A stretch of 64,000 bases of DNA from Chlamydiales bacterium (GTDB taxonomy: Bacteria > Chlamydiota > Chlamydiia > Chlamydiales > JAAZZY01): the NCBI GenBank assembly GCA_965206695.1, contig CBDBKM010000002.1, forward strand, positions 160,001 through 224,000, written 5' to 3'. Shown piece by piece: positions 43,808-54,291 of this stretch. Position 1 is the first letter of the stretch; each line of letters begins with the position of its first letter. The notes beneath the pieces were generated by a model. That model was not told the DNA's origin. It ran no database searches and was given only the letters and a program-made list of their open reading frames with translations. Made by a program: the position numbers and the translations under genes.

Positions 43808-44392
43808 ATGTCATCACTATTAGTAGGTTTTGCTGCCGGACAAAACACAGCACCTAGCACTTCCGGACCTACTTCAGTTCAAGATGACGTTGAAAATGCC
43901 TTTGTTAACAGCGAACTTGGAAGTCAACCCACCACTGCAGACCTAACTAAACCGGTCACCACCCATCTTACAATCGATACCGTCCCACACCCCTCTTCTT
44001 CGATTTTGTTTAAGGAATTATTCCATACGGCTAATTTTGGGCTACACATAATGACTGTTGTGCTGAAACCTTTGGATTATGGGGTTGGTTTTGGTGTGGG
44101 TACTTTAAGTGCTCTTTATCTTTATATTACGGCTCAACCTGAATCTGAAATTAAAATTTGGGATGACAAACTATCCGGTGAATTCAGCAAAAGTAAAAGC
44201 CTTTTAGACAAAGCCTTTTATCTTGGATCTCAGCTGGGAACCATACACCTACTTAGACACAATCCATTTCATTTTTTAGAATCGGCTTTATGGGCTACTC
44301 AAACTCTATTTGCCGGCTATAAAGGATACTCAATGGGACAAGACTTAACACAACGAACAATTGTTTGGCTTAACGGCTCGAATAAAATTTAA
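43808..44392 (+). CDS. Hypothetical protein with hydrophobic segments, effector-like
   Basis: S/T/P-rich N-terminus, central Gly-rich hydrophobic stretch, good RBS. Confidence 0.7.
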   Translation: MSSLLVGFAAGQNTAPSTSGPTSVQDDVENAFVNSELGSQPTTADLTKPVTTHLTIDTVPHPSSSILFKELFHTANFGLHIMTVVLKPLDYGVGFGVGTLSALYLYITAQPESEIKIWDDKLSGEFSKSKSLLDKAFYLGSQLGTIHLLRHNPFHFLESALWATQTLFAGYKGYSMGQDLTQRTIVWLNGSNKI

Positions 44393-44424
44393 TATCTACA
44401 ATATAACTTAAGGAAGATATTGTT

Positions 44425-45093
44425 ATGGTAACTCCCTCCCCCTTACCACGAAGTTTTTTGACTACTGTTGCAACAGGAATACTATCACCTCTAAGCTATA
44501 TAGGTTGCCAGCTTGTTGACAATACCCTTAAAGTAGGAGCGTCAGCTCTTTCTGCATTTCCCTGCAATATTTTTATCAGTTATAATCTGGCCTACCTATT
44601 CGGATGGGAGAAAAGAATTCAACGCGCCGTATCTGATATATTTGGGCCTCTATCTAAGAACGTTAATCCTGATTCGACATGGGTAGATACAGGATATCAG
44701 TCGGCTGTACATAATCCTTTCGTTACATGGTTCACAGGAAACCATTCAACTGACGGCGCAGCACAACCTGCACATACAGATTCAAACCAAAAGCCCCCTC
44801 AGTTTGAACAAACTTTTCATAAGATGGCTGATGAAAGTGGATTTTTACAAGGAGCTAAAATCGCTTTTAACCCTATCTGCAATGCTGCTTATAATGGATT
44901 GCATGAATACGGTTTGGCTATTAGCTTCACAGGAATGAATTTAGCCGGTGGTTTAGCCTATCTAGCCTATCAAGAGGGCTCAACAACTGCTAAAGGCATA
45001 ACATATACCCTTGCCTCTGCAGTGGCGCTAACCGCAAGCGTTGCCGGCTTATACTTTGCCGATTCGAATGGACCACAATCTCCTCCTGCTTAA
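44425..45093 (+). CDS. Hypothetical membrane protein, Inc/effector-like
   Basis: Paired hydrophobic segments at both ends, S/P-rich termini, good RBS. Confidence 0.7.
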   Translation: MVTPSPLPRSFLTTVATGILSPLSYIGCQLVDNTLKVGASALSAFPCNIFISYNLAYLFGWEKRIQRAVSDIFGPLSKNVNPDSTWVDTGYQSAVHNPFVTWFTGNHSTDGAAQPAHTDSNQKPPQFEQTFHKMADESGFLQGAKIAFNPICNAAYNGLHEYGLAISFTGMNLAGGLAYLAYQEGSTTAKGITYTLASAVALTASVAGLYFADSNGPQSPPA

Positions 45094-45097
45094 TATT

Positions 45098-45433
45098 TCA
45101 ATATAACAACAACGATCTAAATTCGTTTTGTATATCTTGCATCTTTGCTTTTTTAGCATAAGTCCCGGGTTTGATATTGATCATCAAGCCTTTAGGTAAA
45201 TCGGGTAAACTTAGGCGAAAAGCCTCTCTACAAAGACGTTTGAAACGATTCCTCTCATGAGATTTTCCAAAGCGTTTGGATACGGTTATACCTAGCTTTG
45301 TAGGAAAACCGTCATCATAAGATAGCTGTTTAATGATAATGTATTGCCCTACTAATTGCTCTCCCCTTCTTCCAATAAGCCGGAAGTCGCGAGAAATTAG
45401 TATATGATTGATTTTGAGAAAGGTGTGCTTTAC
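45098..45433 (-). CDS. rnpA: RNase P protein component; no canonical start codon
   Basis: Manual translation: KLGITVSKRFGKSHERNRFKRLCREAFR (RNR motif); directly follows rpmH; absent from the ORF track. Confidence 0.9.
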   Translation of the reverse strand, partial: VKHTFLKINHILISRDFRLIGRRGEQLVGQYIIIKQLSYDDGFPTKLGITVSKRFGKSHERNRFKRLCREAFRLSLPDLPKGLMINIKPGTYAKKAKMQDIQNEFRSLLLY

Positions 45434-45567
45434 TAAACCGTTAATTCTTTACGACCTTTTGCACGACGTCTATTAAGAATTTTTCTTCCATTAGCGGTTG
45501 CCATACGAGCTCGGAAACCGTGAGTTTTTTTTCTTCGACGCGTACTTGGTTGATATGTCCGTTTCAC
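45433..45567 (-). CDS. rpmH: 50S ribosomal protein L34
   Basis: GTG start, [20 protein letters not shown]. Confidence 0.97.
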   Translation of the reverse strand: MKRTYQPSTRRRKKTHGFRARMATANGRKILNRRRAKGRKELTV

Positions 45568-45720
45568 AATAAATTTCCTAAAAATATTTTCTAAAACTTT
45601 AGCATTATTATAGCTAACAATGTGCAAAAGAATCAATAAGAATTCAAAAGGAAGACCGGCCAATGTAAACTTAAATTTTAATTATGCAAAAAAAACAACA
45701 AAGTAGAAACACCCTACCCC

Positions 45721-48408
45721 CTAATTATTAAGCCTCTCTTCAAGTTTGCGATAGAAAATTTTACCTGTTGCCATTAGAGGAATTGTTTTAATCGTATTAA
45801 TTTGTGAAATCCGATAAAGGTTACTAAAACCGCCTTTCCTTACCAATTTATTCATCTCCTCTATCGTAGCATCAAAAGTCATAAATATATGAATTTCCGG
45901 CCTTGTATCTTCTTTTTCTTTAGAACAAACAGCCAGTGGCGGCCCATTATTATAGCTTGCCCAAGCTTTATCAATTACAGCTTTAGTTAAAGCATTTTCC
46001 AAAGCTGATAGGCTAACAATTTCTGCTCCTACTTTAACAAGACGCTTCAAACGTCCCGTTAGTGTTAGAGATCCATCTGTATCTAAAAAGCCTAAATCAC
46101 CTGTTTTATACCATTGCCGATCATTTATTATGATAAATGGAGACTCTTCATTGCTAAGGTAGCCTTTAAATATATTCGGCCCTCTAGCTAATACATGACC
46201 TTCTTTTCCAAAAGGAACGATTCGATCACTCTTTATATCGATAATACAAATTTCAATATCGGAAAGAGGTGGACCTACCCCTTTAGGGGGTGTGTTTGGA
46301 ATATTAAGAGTTAATATCGGAGAGCATTCTGTGATGCCATATCCTTCTATAAATATAACTTTGGAATTCATTCCCATCATTAATTCAATTAAACTCTTAG
46401 GTGCTTTTTCAGCCCCCGATACCACGATCCTTAATGTTTTAAATGTTTCTTTATCAGCAGAATTGAATATCCCTTTCAAAAAAGTAGGGGCTCCACAAAT
46501 AAAAGTTATATTCCATTTTTTAATAAGAGCAGCCATCGATTTATAATGGGTAGGATTGGAATAATAAATGACTCGCATACCGGAAATAAGCGGCAAAAGA
46601 CCCGTTACCGCAAAACCAAAAGAGTGAAATGGGGGTAAAAAAGCCAAAACGACATCATCTAAGCGAGGTTTTGCCCGAATCATCGCAGCTTTAATATTAC
46701 TCAATAAATTCTCATGAGTTAAAGGAACCCCTTTAGGTAACTTTTCTGAACCACTGGTAAAAAGAATAACCGCTCGATCATCTTTACTGACCTGCTGCAA
46801 ACCGAAATATTTAATTATCGCATTGGCATTCATTTTACTTAAGCGATTACCTTTTATTTTTTGCCAAATAGAAATCTTTTTTTTCAGATCCTCAATAGGA
46901 AGAATAAGATCATGAACTTTATCCAAATCGATATTAGTTAATGCCTCTAAAAATTTCTTAGAGCTTAAAACTGTTTTAATATGAGTATGACTTAACAGAG
47001 ACTGAATATGCCCTTTTCCAACTGTCCAATTGATCATAACAGGTATTTTACGGGCCAACAGACAAGCTAGGATCATAGCATTGACTATCACTGTTGAAGG
47101 CATTAATATACCGATTCGTTCTTCCGATATTTTTTTTAGTCTCTTAGCTAAAATAATAACTATCCGAAGAAACTTACGATAGGTTAATTGTCCCATTGTA
47201 GCATCGGCACAGCTCAGCTTCTCTGACCGAGCACAGGCCATCCTTATAAAAACTTCACCTATATTCTCACCTTCAGGGATAAGACACTCTTCGTCAATTT
47301 CATATTTTCCCCATGCAACACTGACATCTTCATTATTAACTTCAACCTCTTGATGCTTCTCTGAGTCAGATGCTATCTGCATCACTTTTGCAACAGTCAC
47401 TAAATCTTTTGGTCTAATATTCCTGGCCCCATAATTTTCCTGAAGAAAGGTGACTACTTCTTGGGTATCTAAAGAATCAAAACGAAGATCTGCAAAAAGG
47501 CGCATATCAGATGAAACTTCTGAACGTAAGCATTTTGCAATACGTCCCAGCTCTTCTTGCACATGAAGTTTAATCCTATCAGAAATCTCGTCAAGATTGA
47601 TATCTTCCATTTTAGAAGGAATAGGAAGGGGAACTTTTTGACTCCACATACTTAAAGAAACTAAGTTCAATGGCTCTCCTATCGATCCATCGGGATTCGG
47701 TGGATTGTAAAAGCGCTCAAGATATTCATTCATTTCAGTACGAGAAGCACAATAGGGGAAATCTTTTGGATTTGGGACAAATTCAATGTCTATATGCCGT
47801 TTCGGAATAAAAAAAATGAAATTTTTTATGATAGCCCATACAGCTTCAATTGCTGTTTTATAAAAATCTAAATCTAAAGTGATTCCCTTAGAAAAGCTAC
47901 TTCCCCATAAGCCTGTTGTTCGAACCAAGACGATATTAACATCGGGACATGCTTCAATAAGTTTGTGGATACCGGAAGTTCCGCCTAATATTTCATGAGG
48001 TGTTTTTTTTAATCGTCCTGCCGGATAAAAAAGAAAGTTCTCTCTTCTTTTCAGCCCATCAACAATCTCTTGGAATGATTCTTCTGCTTTCCTCAATTTG
48101 AAATGGGAGCCATTTACCTCCAGATCAGGAACAAAAATACCTTTCATTAATACGATAAGATAGTGAACAACCGGTAGATTATATACCCACTCGACAACTA
48201 AAGGTCTTGGGCTAAATTTTCTCCATAAAGCAATACTAACAATTACAGGGTCAATCTCTGCGGGGTGATTCGGTAGAAATAAAATACCCGATTTTTTTGA
48301 AAAGTTTTCTAAAACCAGCTTTTCAAGCCCTTGAATATGAGTTCTATAACGCAAGCTCAATAAAAACCGTGTCAACCAATATACGAAGAATCTTAAAAAA
48401 GCTAACAT
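45721..48408 (-). CDS. aas: Aas-type acyltransferase / ACP / acyl-ACP synthetase fusion
   Basis: NHPAEID acyltransferase, central DSL carrier motif, FTSGSE..PKGV, EGYGITE, TGDLG. Confidence 0.9.
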   Translation of the reverse strand: MLAFLRFFVYWLTRFLLSLRYRTHIQGLEKLVLENFSKKSGILFLPNHPAEIDPVIVSIALWRKFSPRPLVVEWVYNLPVVHYLIVLMKGIFVPDLEVNGSHFKLRKAEESFQEIVDGLKRRENFLFYPAGRLKKTPHEILGGTSGIHKLIEACPDVNIVLVRTTGLWGSSFSKGITLDLDFYKTAIEAVWAIIKNFIFFIPKRHIDIEFVPNPKDFPYCASRTEMNEYLERFYNPPNPDGSIGEPLNLVSLSMWSQKVPLPIPSKMEDINLDEISDRIKLHVQEELGRIAKCLRSEVSSDMRLFADLRFDSLDTQEVVTFLQENYGARNIRPKDLVTVAKVMQIASDSEKHQEVEVNNEDVSVAWGKYEIDEECLIPEGENIGEVFIRMACARSEKLSCADATMGQLTYRKFLRIVIILAKRLKKISEERIGILMPSTVIVNAMILACLLARKIPVMINWTVGKGHIQSLLSHTHIKTVLSSKKFLEALTNIDLDKVHDLILPIEDLKKKISIWQKIKGNRLSKMNANAIIKYFGLQQVSKDDRAVILFTSGSEKLPKGVPLTHENLLSNIKAAMIRAKPRLDDVVLAFLPPFHSFGFAVTGLLPLISGMRVIYYSNPTHYKSMAALIKKWNITFICGAPTFLKGIFNSADKETFKTLRIVVSGAEKAPKSLIELMMGMNSKVIFIEGYGITECSPILTLNIPNTPPKGVGPPLSDIEICIIDIKSDRIVPFGKEGHVLARGPNIFKGYLSNEESPFIIINDRQWYKTGDLGFLDTDGSLTLTGRLKRLVKVGAEIVSLSALENALTKAVIDKAWASYNNGPPLAVCSKEKEDTRPEIHIFMTFDATIEEMNKLVRKGGFSNLYRISQINTIKTIPLMATGKIFYRKLEERLNN

Positions 48409-48749
48409 TAATCTTTTCTCTCTCAGCGTCTTAATCGCAATAGCTCCACCCTATCATTTAACCCTAGAGAATGGCGCTAACTTCTCAATATTAATAAATT
48501 TTATTTTATTAACATATTCAAAAAAATAACGCGAACTCTAAATAGTCATAGAATAAATGACTTGGAAATCCACCCGGCCGGCTAAAACGTTTAATAAAAT
48601 GAGATACACCTTCCATATCTAACGTTAAATCGGGATAGAATTTTTCTAGTGATCCTTCTAATTGACAGCTCCCAACCCTAAAGGGAAGGGATTCCTAATT
48701 CATCGACCACTGCTAACAAACAAGCTAGTCTAACATGATCTCCCAAGGC

Positions 48750-49853
48750 TTAAATTACCGACTGCCCTGCGGTATCGAGATTAATAGATGCATTAAGATC
48801 TCTATCGTGTGTTACTTTGCAGTTTGGACACTGCCAACTTCTCACACTTAAATCTAAAATTTCTATTTGGTACCGGCAGGCAGAGCATAGTTTTGAACCG
48901 GCAAAAAATTGATCTAATTCCACTATATTTCTTCCGTACCATTCACACTTATACTTTAAAAATGTTAAAAACCGGCTCCATCCTGCATCCGATATATGCT
49001 TGGAAAGTTTTTTATTTTTTAACATCTTATTAATATTTAACCCTTCTATCGTGATCGTTTGGTTTTCACGAGCCAACTTTGTAGAAAGTTTATGATGAAA
49101 GTCCTGCCTTATATTTTTTATCTTCGAATGTATCGAAGCCACCGATCTTCTTTTTTTGAGTCTGTTTTTACCTTTGACTTTAGCTTTGCTAAGAGAACGT
49201 TGTTTTCTTTTTAGTCTTTTCTTATGAAATCTAAAAGGTTTAGGTGCCGTAATCTTTTTCCCTGTAGAAAGAGTTGCGAATGTCGTTAATCCTAAATCTA
49301 TACCGACAGAATTATTTCTCTTCTCAAAAGGGATCACTTCTTCTTCTACTAATAGGCTCACAAAATACCTGTCACAAGAGTCTTTTGTGATTGTTATACC
49401 TGTTGGTGTACCTAAAAAACACCTTGACCAATGTATTTTTAATCTGTCTTTAGATTTTGCAATCTTAAGATTAACCCCATCCCAACTAAATGCTGACTTA
49501 GTTAATCGTATTGCCTGCGTACTGTGTTTGTTTTTAAAGCGAGGGAAATTTGACCTTTTTTTAAAAAAGTTTAAAAAAGCTCTATCAAGATCTCTAAGAC
49601 TTTGTTGCAGACAAACAGAAGAAACTTCGTTTAACCAACGAAACTCTTTGTTTTGCTTAAGACTTGTCAAGAATACCGATGTTTTAGAATAACTTACATT
49701 CTCTTTGTATTCCTGATATTTCTTGATCTTAAAATTTAAAGCTTGATTATATACAACTCCGGAACATCCAAAGCTTTTTGCAAGCAACTCCTTTTGTTTT
49801 TTCGTTGGATAGAATCTAAATTTATATGCTTTTTTGATCATCATGTATTGCAT
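48750..49853 (-). CDS. tnpB: RNA-guided endonuclease TnpB (copy 2)
   Basis: Same RuvC and zinc motifs; a few substitutions versus copy 1. Confidence 0.96.
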   Translation of the reverse strand: MQYMMIKKAYKFRFYPTKKQKELLAKSFGCSGVVYNQALNFKIKKYQEYKENVSYSKTSVFLTSLKQNKEFRWLNEVSSVCLQQSLRDLDRAFLNFFKKRSNFPRFKNKHSTQAIRLTKSAFSWDGVNLKIAKSKDRLKIHWSRCFLGTPTGITITKDSCDRYFVSLLVEEEVIPFEKRNNSVGIDLGLTTFATLSTGKKITAPKPFRFHKKRLKRKQRSLSKAKVKGKNRLKKRRSVASIHSKIKNIRQDFHHKLSTKLARENQTITIEGLNINKMLKNKKLSKHISDAGWSRFLTFLKYKCEWYGRNIVELDQFFAGSKLCSACRYQIEILDLSVRSWQCPNCKVTHDRDLNASINLDTAGQSVI

Positions 49854-50001
49854 TATATGTCCGGTACATATATATTGTCTATCCGGAAAGACGGAAAACC
49901 TCTAAAACAGCAGTTTTTAACCTTAGTTACCATGTTATTTGGTGTCCTAAATATAGGAGAAAGGTTCTTGAAGGTGATATTGTTGTTCGTTTAAAGGAAT
50001 C

Positions 50002-51116
50002 GCCCTTTCAACATTGAAGTGCAACAAATAGGAAGAATTTGAAAATGGCCAAATGCCGGCAAAATCTCTATAGTAAATTTTTGCAAAAAAAAACTATGGA
50101 GGGATTTTTTATGCCTAAAGGCTACCGGCATTTAACCTACGAACAAAGGTGCCAAATATGTACTTTAAAAAAAAGAGGAGATTCTGTTGATTCTATTTCG
50201 CAGGAATTAAATGTTAATAAAACTACTGTTTATCGAGAGTTAAAAAGAAATAGCTATGAAGGCAGATATATCTATTTTGCAGCACAAATCAAAACTAAAA
50301 GAAGGCGTTCAAAAGCGAGCAGTAAAACAAAGAAAATGACCCCTGAACTACTTATGAAGATAGAAAGTAAATTACTGCTTCAATGGAGTCCTGTTCAAAT
50401 ATCCGGTCGATTGAAAGAAGAAGAAGGCCTGCTTATCAGCCACGAAAGTATTTATCGTCATATTTGGAAAGATAAACGAAATTGGGGCAATTTATATAAA
50501 AATTTAAGACACAAAGGTAAGAAGTATAAAAAGCGAGGTTCAGATAAAGCAGGCCGAAGCTGTATTCCCAATAGAGTCGATATTGATAAAAGAACTTGTA
50601 TTGTCGATGAAAAAACAAGAATAGGAGATTTTGAATTAGATACGATAATAGGCAAAAATCATCAAGGAGTGATTGTTTCTATTGTTGATCGTGCTTCTAA
50701 ATATACGATGCTTATGAAGGTAAAGTCTAAACAAGCCCTCGGTGTTGCCGATGCTTTAATTACCTGTTTAAAGCCTGTTAAGGATAGAGTTCACACATTA
50801 ACAGCAGATAATGGTTTAGAGTTTTCTCGGCATCAAGAAGTAAGTTCAACACTCAAAGCAGAGTTTTATTTTGCTAAACCCTATCATTCCCGGGAAAGAG
50901 GGTTGAATGAACATACGAATGGGTTAGTTAGACAGTATTTGCCTAAGAAAACAAACTTTAATAATGTGACACAAGAGGATGTAAAAGAGATAGAAAAACT
51001 GCTTAATGAAAGACCCGGAAAAAGTTTGAATTTTAAAACACCTATAGAGGTTTTCAATCCGAAGAATTTGTGCTATAATAGAGTACAAGTTTGTTGCACT
51101 TCATAGTTGAAAAGAC
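50002..51116 (+). mobile_element. IS30-family element (transposase 50111-51106)
   Basis: ~27-bp TIRs ...TTTCAAC..TGAAGTGCAACAAA; WSP.QI, GDFELDT, DNG.EF, ERG.NE..NGL.RQY.PK; ~26-bp target deletion versus copy 1. Confidence 0.95.
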
Positions 51117-51889
51117 AAAATATAGAGATTAACGAACTGAATATTATGCCTGATCACGTACATATTTTTTTAAATACCAAGCCTATATATTCGCCACAAT
51201 TTTTCATAGGACAACTTAAGGGATATACAAGCCGAATATTAAGGCAAGAATTTTCAAGCTTAAGATCCGGGTTACCCACACTGTGGACACGGTCTTATTA
51301 TGTTGATAGTGTTGGAAAATTAAATGAATATACAATCAGAAAGTATATACGGAATCAAAAAAACAAATAGACACTTTCATCCACCCTTAAAAAGGTGGGT
51401 TTTCTCGTTTAATTGTCATAAAGATTAGCTAAGTTCGCAGGAGCTCCGTGACCGGGACCCGTAACTAAAAACATATCTAAATTATTTTGTTTAATCAACC
51501 GGTTCGCATGAGGATAAATTAAATTAATCCCGGGAGATGTTCCCCAATGTCCCAATAATCGATCCTTTATATCATCCGATTTTAAAGGCTTCTTCAATAA
51601 GAAATTGTCTTTTAGATAAATTTGAGCCGCTGCTAAGAAATGAGTTGCTCTTCGATAGACAGCAATTTGATTTAATTCCTTATTCTATTTCTTGCGAATC
51701 TTCTTTATTTTAGCAGATAAATATTTATAACTATCTGATTTTTAAGGTATAAGAATTTTCCTTTTCTTCACATACACTCTGACCATCACTAGACAAAAAT
51801 ATTCTGTAAAGACCCATCAAACATGGATTGGACGAAAACTTCCATGTCGATTATGCTATTTTGAACATAAACAAAATTAGGTAACTTAA

Positions 51890-52480
51890 ATGTCTGTTCC
51901 CCTTATGATAACCTCGGAAATAGAAGAGAGCTTGACAAAAGCCCTCTATAACATGCTGATCTCAATTGGAGAAGACCCGGATAGAAGCGGATTAAAAAAT
52001 ACACCTTCAAAAGTTACGAAAATGTATCCTTCATTTTTAACCGGTTATAAAGAAGATATTCATGAGGTTGTAGGTTCTTTAATTCCTTTAGAAGAACAAA
52101 GTGGCTTAATTACCTTAAATCATACCCCATTTATTTCTCTTTGTGAACATCACCTTCTTCCGTTTCATGGAAAAGTCCATATTGCTTTTATCCCTGAAAA
52201 ACACCTTATAGGGTTTAGTAAGGTCCCTCGCATTGTTAATCATTTTGCTCGTCGTCTTCAAATTCAAGAGCACTTAACGGCTCAAATAGCTGATTGCCTG
52301 ATGCACATTCTTAACCCAAAAGGAAGTATGGTCATCATCGAGGCATTTCATAGCTGTAGTATCATCCATGACAACTTATCAAATATGAGTATCTCAACAA
52401 CAGCTCTTAGGGGTATATTTAAAGATTCTGTTTCCTTACAAAATCAGCTCCACCATACAATTAAAGACACCAACCCTTAA
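51890..52480 (+). CDS. folE: GTP cyclohydrolase I
   Basis: GEDP.R.GL..TP, SLCEHHLLPF.G, RRLQIQE; C-terminal CM..RG motif is divergent. Confidence 0.88.
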   Translation: MSVPLMITSEIEESLTKALYNMLISIGEDPDRSGLKNTPSKVTKMYPSFLTGYKEDIHEVVGSLIPLEEQSGLITLNHTPFISLCEHHLLPFHGKVHIAFIPEKHLIGFSKVPRIVNHFARRLQIQEHLTAQIADCLMHILNPKGSMVIIEAFHSCSIIHDNLSNMSISTTALRGIFKDSVSLQNQLHHTIKDTNP

Positions 52481-52519
52481 TTTCTACTAATTAGATTGTA
52501 CCAAGCTATAAGGAGAAAA

Positions 52520-53260
52520 ATGGATCTAAAAGATAAAGTAGTTTTAATTACCGGATCGGCAAAACGATTAGGGTATGCAATCGCGCAAGCTTTCGCCTCT
52601 AATGGTTGCCATGTTATTATTCACTATTTTCAGTCCGTTCAGGAGTCTCATCAAGCTGTAAAACAAATTGAGAAGAATGGGGGGACAGCCACCGCTATAA
52701 AAGCTGATTTAAATGATCCTGATGATATTACATTCCTTTTTAGTTTCATTAAAAAAAACTATTCTTCTTTAGACATATTGATTAACAATGCCTCATCTTT
52801 TATACAAAAATCATTTTTTGATATTAGCCTAAATGACTTCGAATCGACTTTTAATATTAACTTAAGAGCTCCATTTTTATGTGTCCAGGCTGCTTGCAAA
52901 TTAATGAATAGGCATGGTGCATCACCTAGCCTTATTCTAAATATCGCTGACAATAGCGGAATCACTCCATGGAAAGGTTATGCGCTGCATAGTATAAGCA
53001 AAGCCGGCCTTATTCATCTTACAAAATCGATAGCTAAGGAATTTGCTCCCTATATACGTGCCAACACAATTATACCGGGCTATATTTTGCCCTCATCCAC
53101 TTTTTCTAAAAATCAATTGGATACTTTAGCTAAAAAAAAGACCCTGCTTCAACGAACAGGGTCTAGTACAGAAATAGCTTCTTTCATTATTGCAGTTGCT
53201 AATAATGATTATATTAACGGAGCCTCTCTACATATCGACGGTGGCTATTTATCAACGTAA
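52520..53260 (+). CDS. Pteridine reductase/FolM-like SDR
   Basis: TGSAKRLG, V.IHY..S, INNAS; next to folE; catalytic Y appears as H (ALHSISK). Confidence 0.75.
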   Translation: MDLKDKVVLITGSAKRLGYAIAQAFASNGCHVIIHYFQSVQESHQAVKQIEKNGGTATAIKADLNDPDDITFLFSFIKKNYSSLDILINNASSFIQKSFFDISLNDFESTFNINLRAPFLCVQAACKLMNRHGASPSLILNIADNSGITPWKGYALHSISKAGLIHLTKSIAKEFAPYIRANTIIPGYILPSSTFSKNQLDTLAKKKTLLQRTGSSTEIASFIIAVANNDYINGASLHIDGGYLST

Positions 53261-53804
53261 ACGCTACAAACACTTTGAAAAGATCCCCTGCTAAATAGGG
53301 CAAAAGACCAACTAAAAACGCCTTAGATACTCCAAGCCAAGGAATAAGCGATAGAGTTCCACCGACAGTGATACAAAAAGAGCCCAATACTAAACTTGTA
53401 AATAGCCTTGCTTTGCTTTGCAGATTTTTTTCAGATATATACCCCACAATATAAGCAGCCGGCAACATGCAGAATAAATACCCACCTGCAGGACCTAATA
53501 AATATGGAAGACCTATGCCTGCGGCAAATACGGGTAAGCCCATAGCTCCTTCAACCAGGTATGCCATACATGCTAATGAAGCTCTTCTACGGCCAAGCAA
53601 AGCACCGGCTAGTATCACACCAAATGTTTGACCTGTAATCGGTACAATAGTCAGACAAGGAAGTATAATTTTAATATGAGCATATAAAGCAAGAAAAATA
53701 GTGGCTCCTAAAACAAGCATAATATCTTTTAACGCTTGTCCTACAACGCTATCATCCGTTTGCATTGGTTTTAAAGTAATAGTAGTCATAATATTCTCTC
53801 TCAA
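53214..53804 (-). CDS. bioY: Biotin transporter BioY
   Basis: VPITGQT, GLPVFA.G, GP.GGYL, GD..K. Confidence 0.93.
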   Translation of the reverse strand: MRENIMTTITLKPMQTDDSVVGQALKDIMLVLGATIFLALYAHIKIILPCLTIVPITGQTFGVILAGALLGRRRASLACMAYLVEGAMGLPVFAAGIGLPYLLGPAGGYLFCMLPAAYIVGYISEKNLQSKARLFTSLVLGSFCITVGGTLSLIPWLGVSKAFLVGLLPYLAGDLFKVFVAFTLINSHRRYVERLR

Positions 53805-53862
53805 TAAATATAGAATTTAGTTAGAAATTTTCTTTCGAATTCGTTACTGACAAACAACACGT

Positions 53863-54291
53863 CTATACTGTTTTAATATGACAGGTGATTTTCTTACAAA
53901 GAGCTTTAAGACCATCAAAAGTAACATATTCATGGACTTTATCAATACATACCCACTTTAAATCTGCAATCTCATCAGGAAGCTGAATTTTAGGCTCTCC
54001 GGAGACCTTGGCAAGAAAATAAGTCACCGATTTATTTACTTTTGTCTTGCCAATATAAAAGGAATATTTTTCATTGAAACTTGATATATCAAAATAGTCT
54101 GCTATATCCAAGTTGCATTCTTCTTTCAACTCTCTTTCAGCTGTGGTTTTTAAGGATTCTCCCGGTTCCGTATGTCCTTTTGGAAAACCCCAATGCCCCC
54201 CAAGTTTATGCCTAATAAGCAATACCCGCCAAGAATCAGCTTCTTTTTTTAAGGGAATAATACCTGCGCACTCTACTTTCTTCCGCATCAC
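53863..54291 (-). CDS. Nudix hydrolase (Ap4A hydrolase-like)
   Basis: HWGFPKGH.E.GE....A.REL.EE. Confidence 0.9.
   Translation of the reverse strand: MMRKKVECAGIIPLKKEADSWRVLLIRHKLGGHWGFPKGHTEPGESLKTTAERELKEECNLDIADYFDISSFNEKYSFYIGKTKVNKSVTYFLAKVSGEPKIQLPDEIADLKWVCIDKVHEYVTFDGLKALCKKITCHIKTV

Larger units (their letters stand above)
48662..51417 (-). mobile_element. IS200/IS605 element copy 2, tnpA disrupted by IS30
   Basis: Near-identical to copy 1; TTTAT target; TCAA right end; guide flank TTAGAAGGATCACTAG. Confidence 0.95.
48518..51690 (-). pseudogene. xfp: Phosphoketolase N-terminal remnant split by IS605 copy 2
   Basis: LLGHWGT.PG, GPGHGAPA; frame rejoins across the IS (NLY/LEGSLEKFYP...PGGFPSH), then truncates. 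Confidence 0.88.

Noticed and set aside
45568..45663. N-terminal extension of L34 in the ORF track
   Set aside because: L34 homology begins at the GTG at 45567
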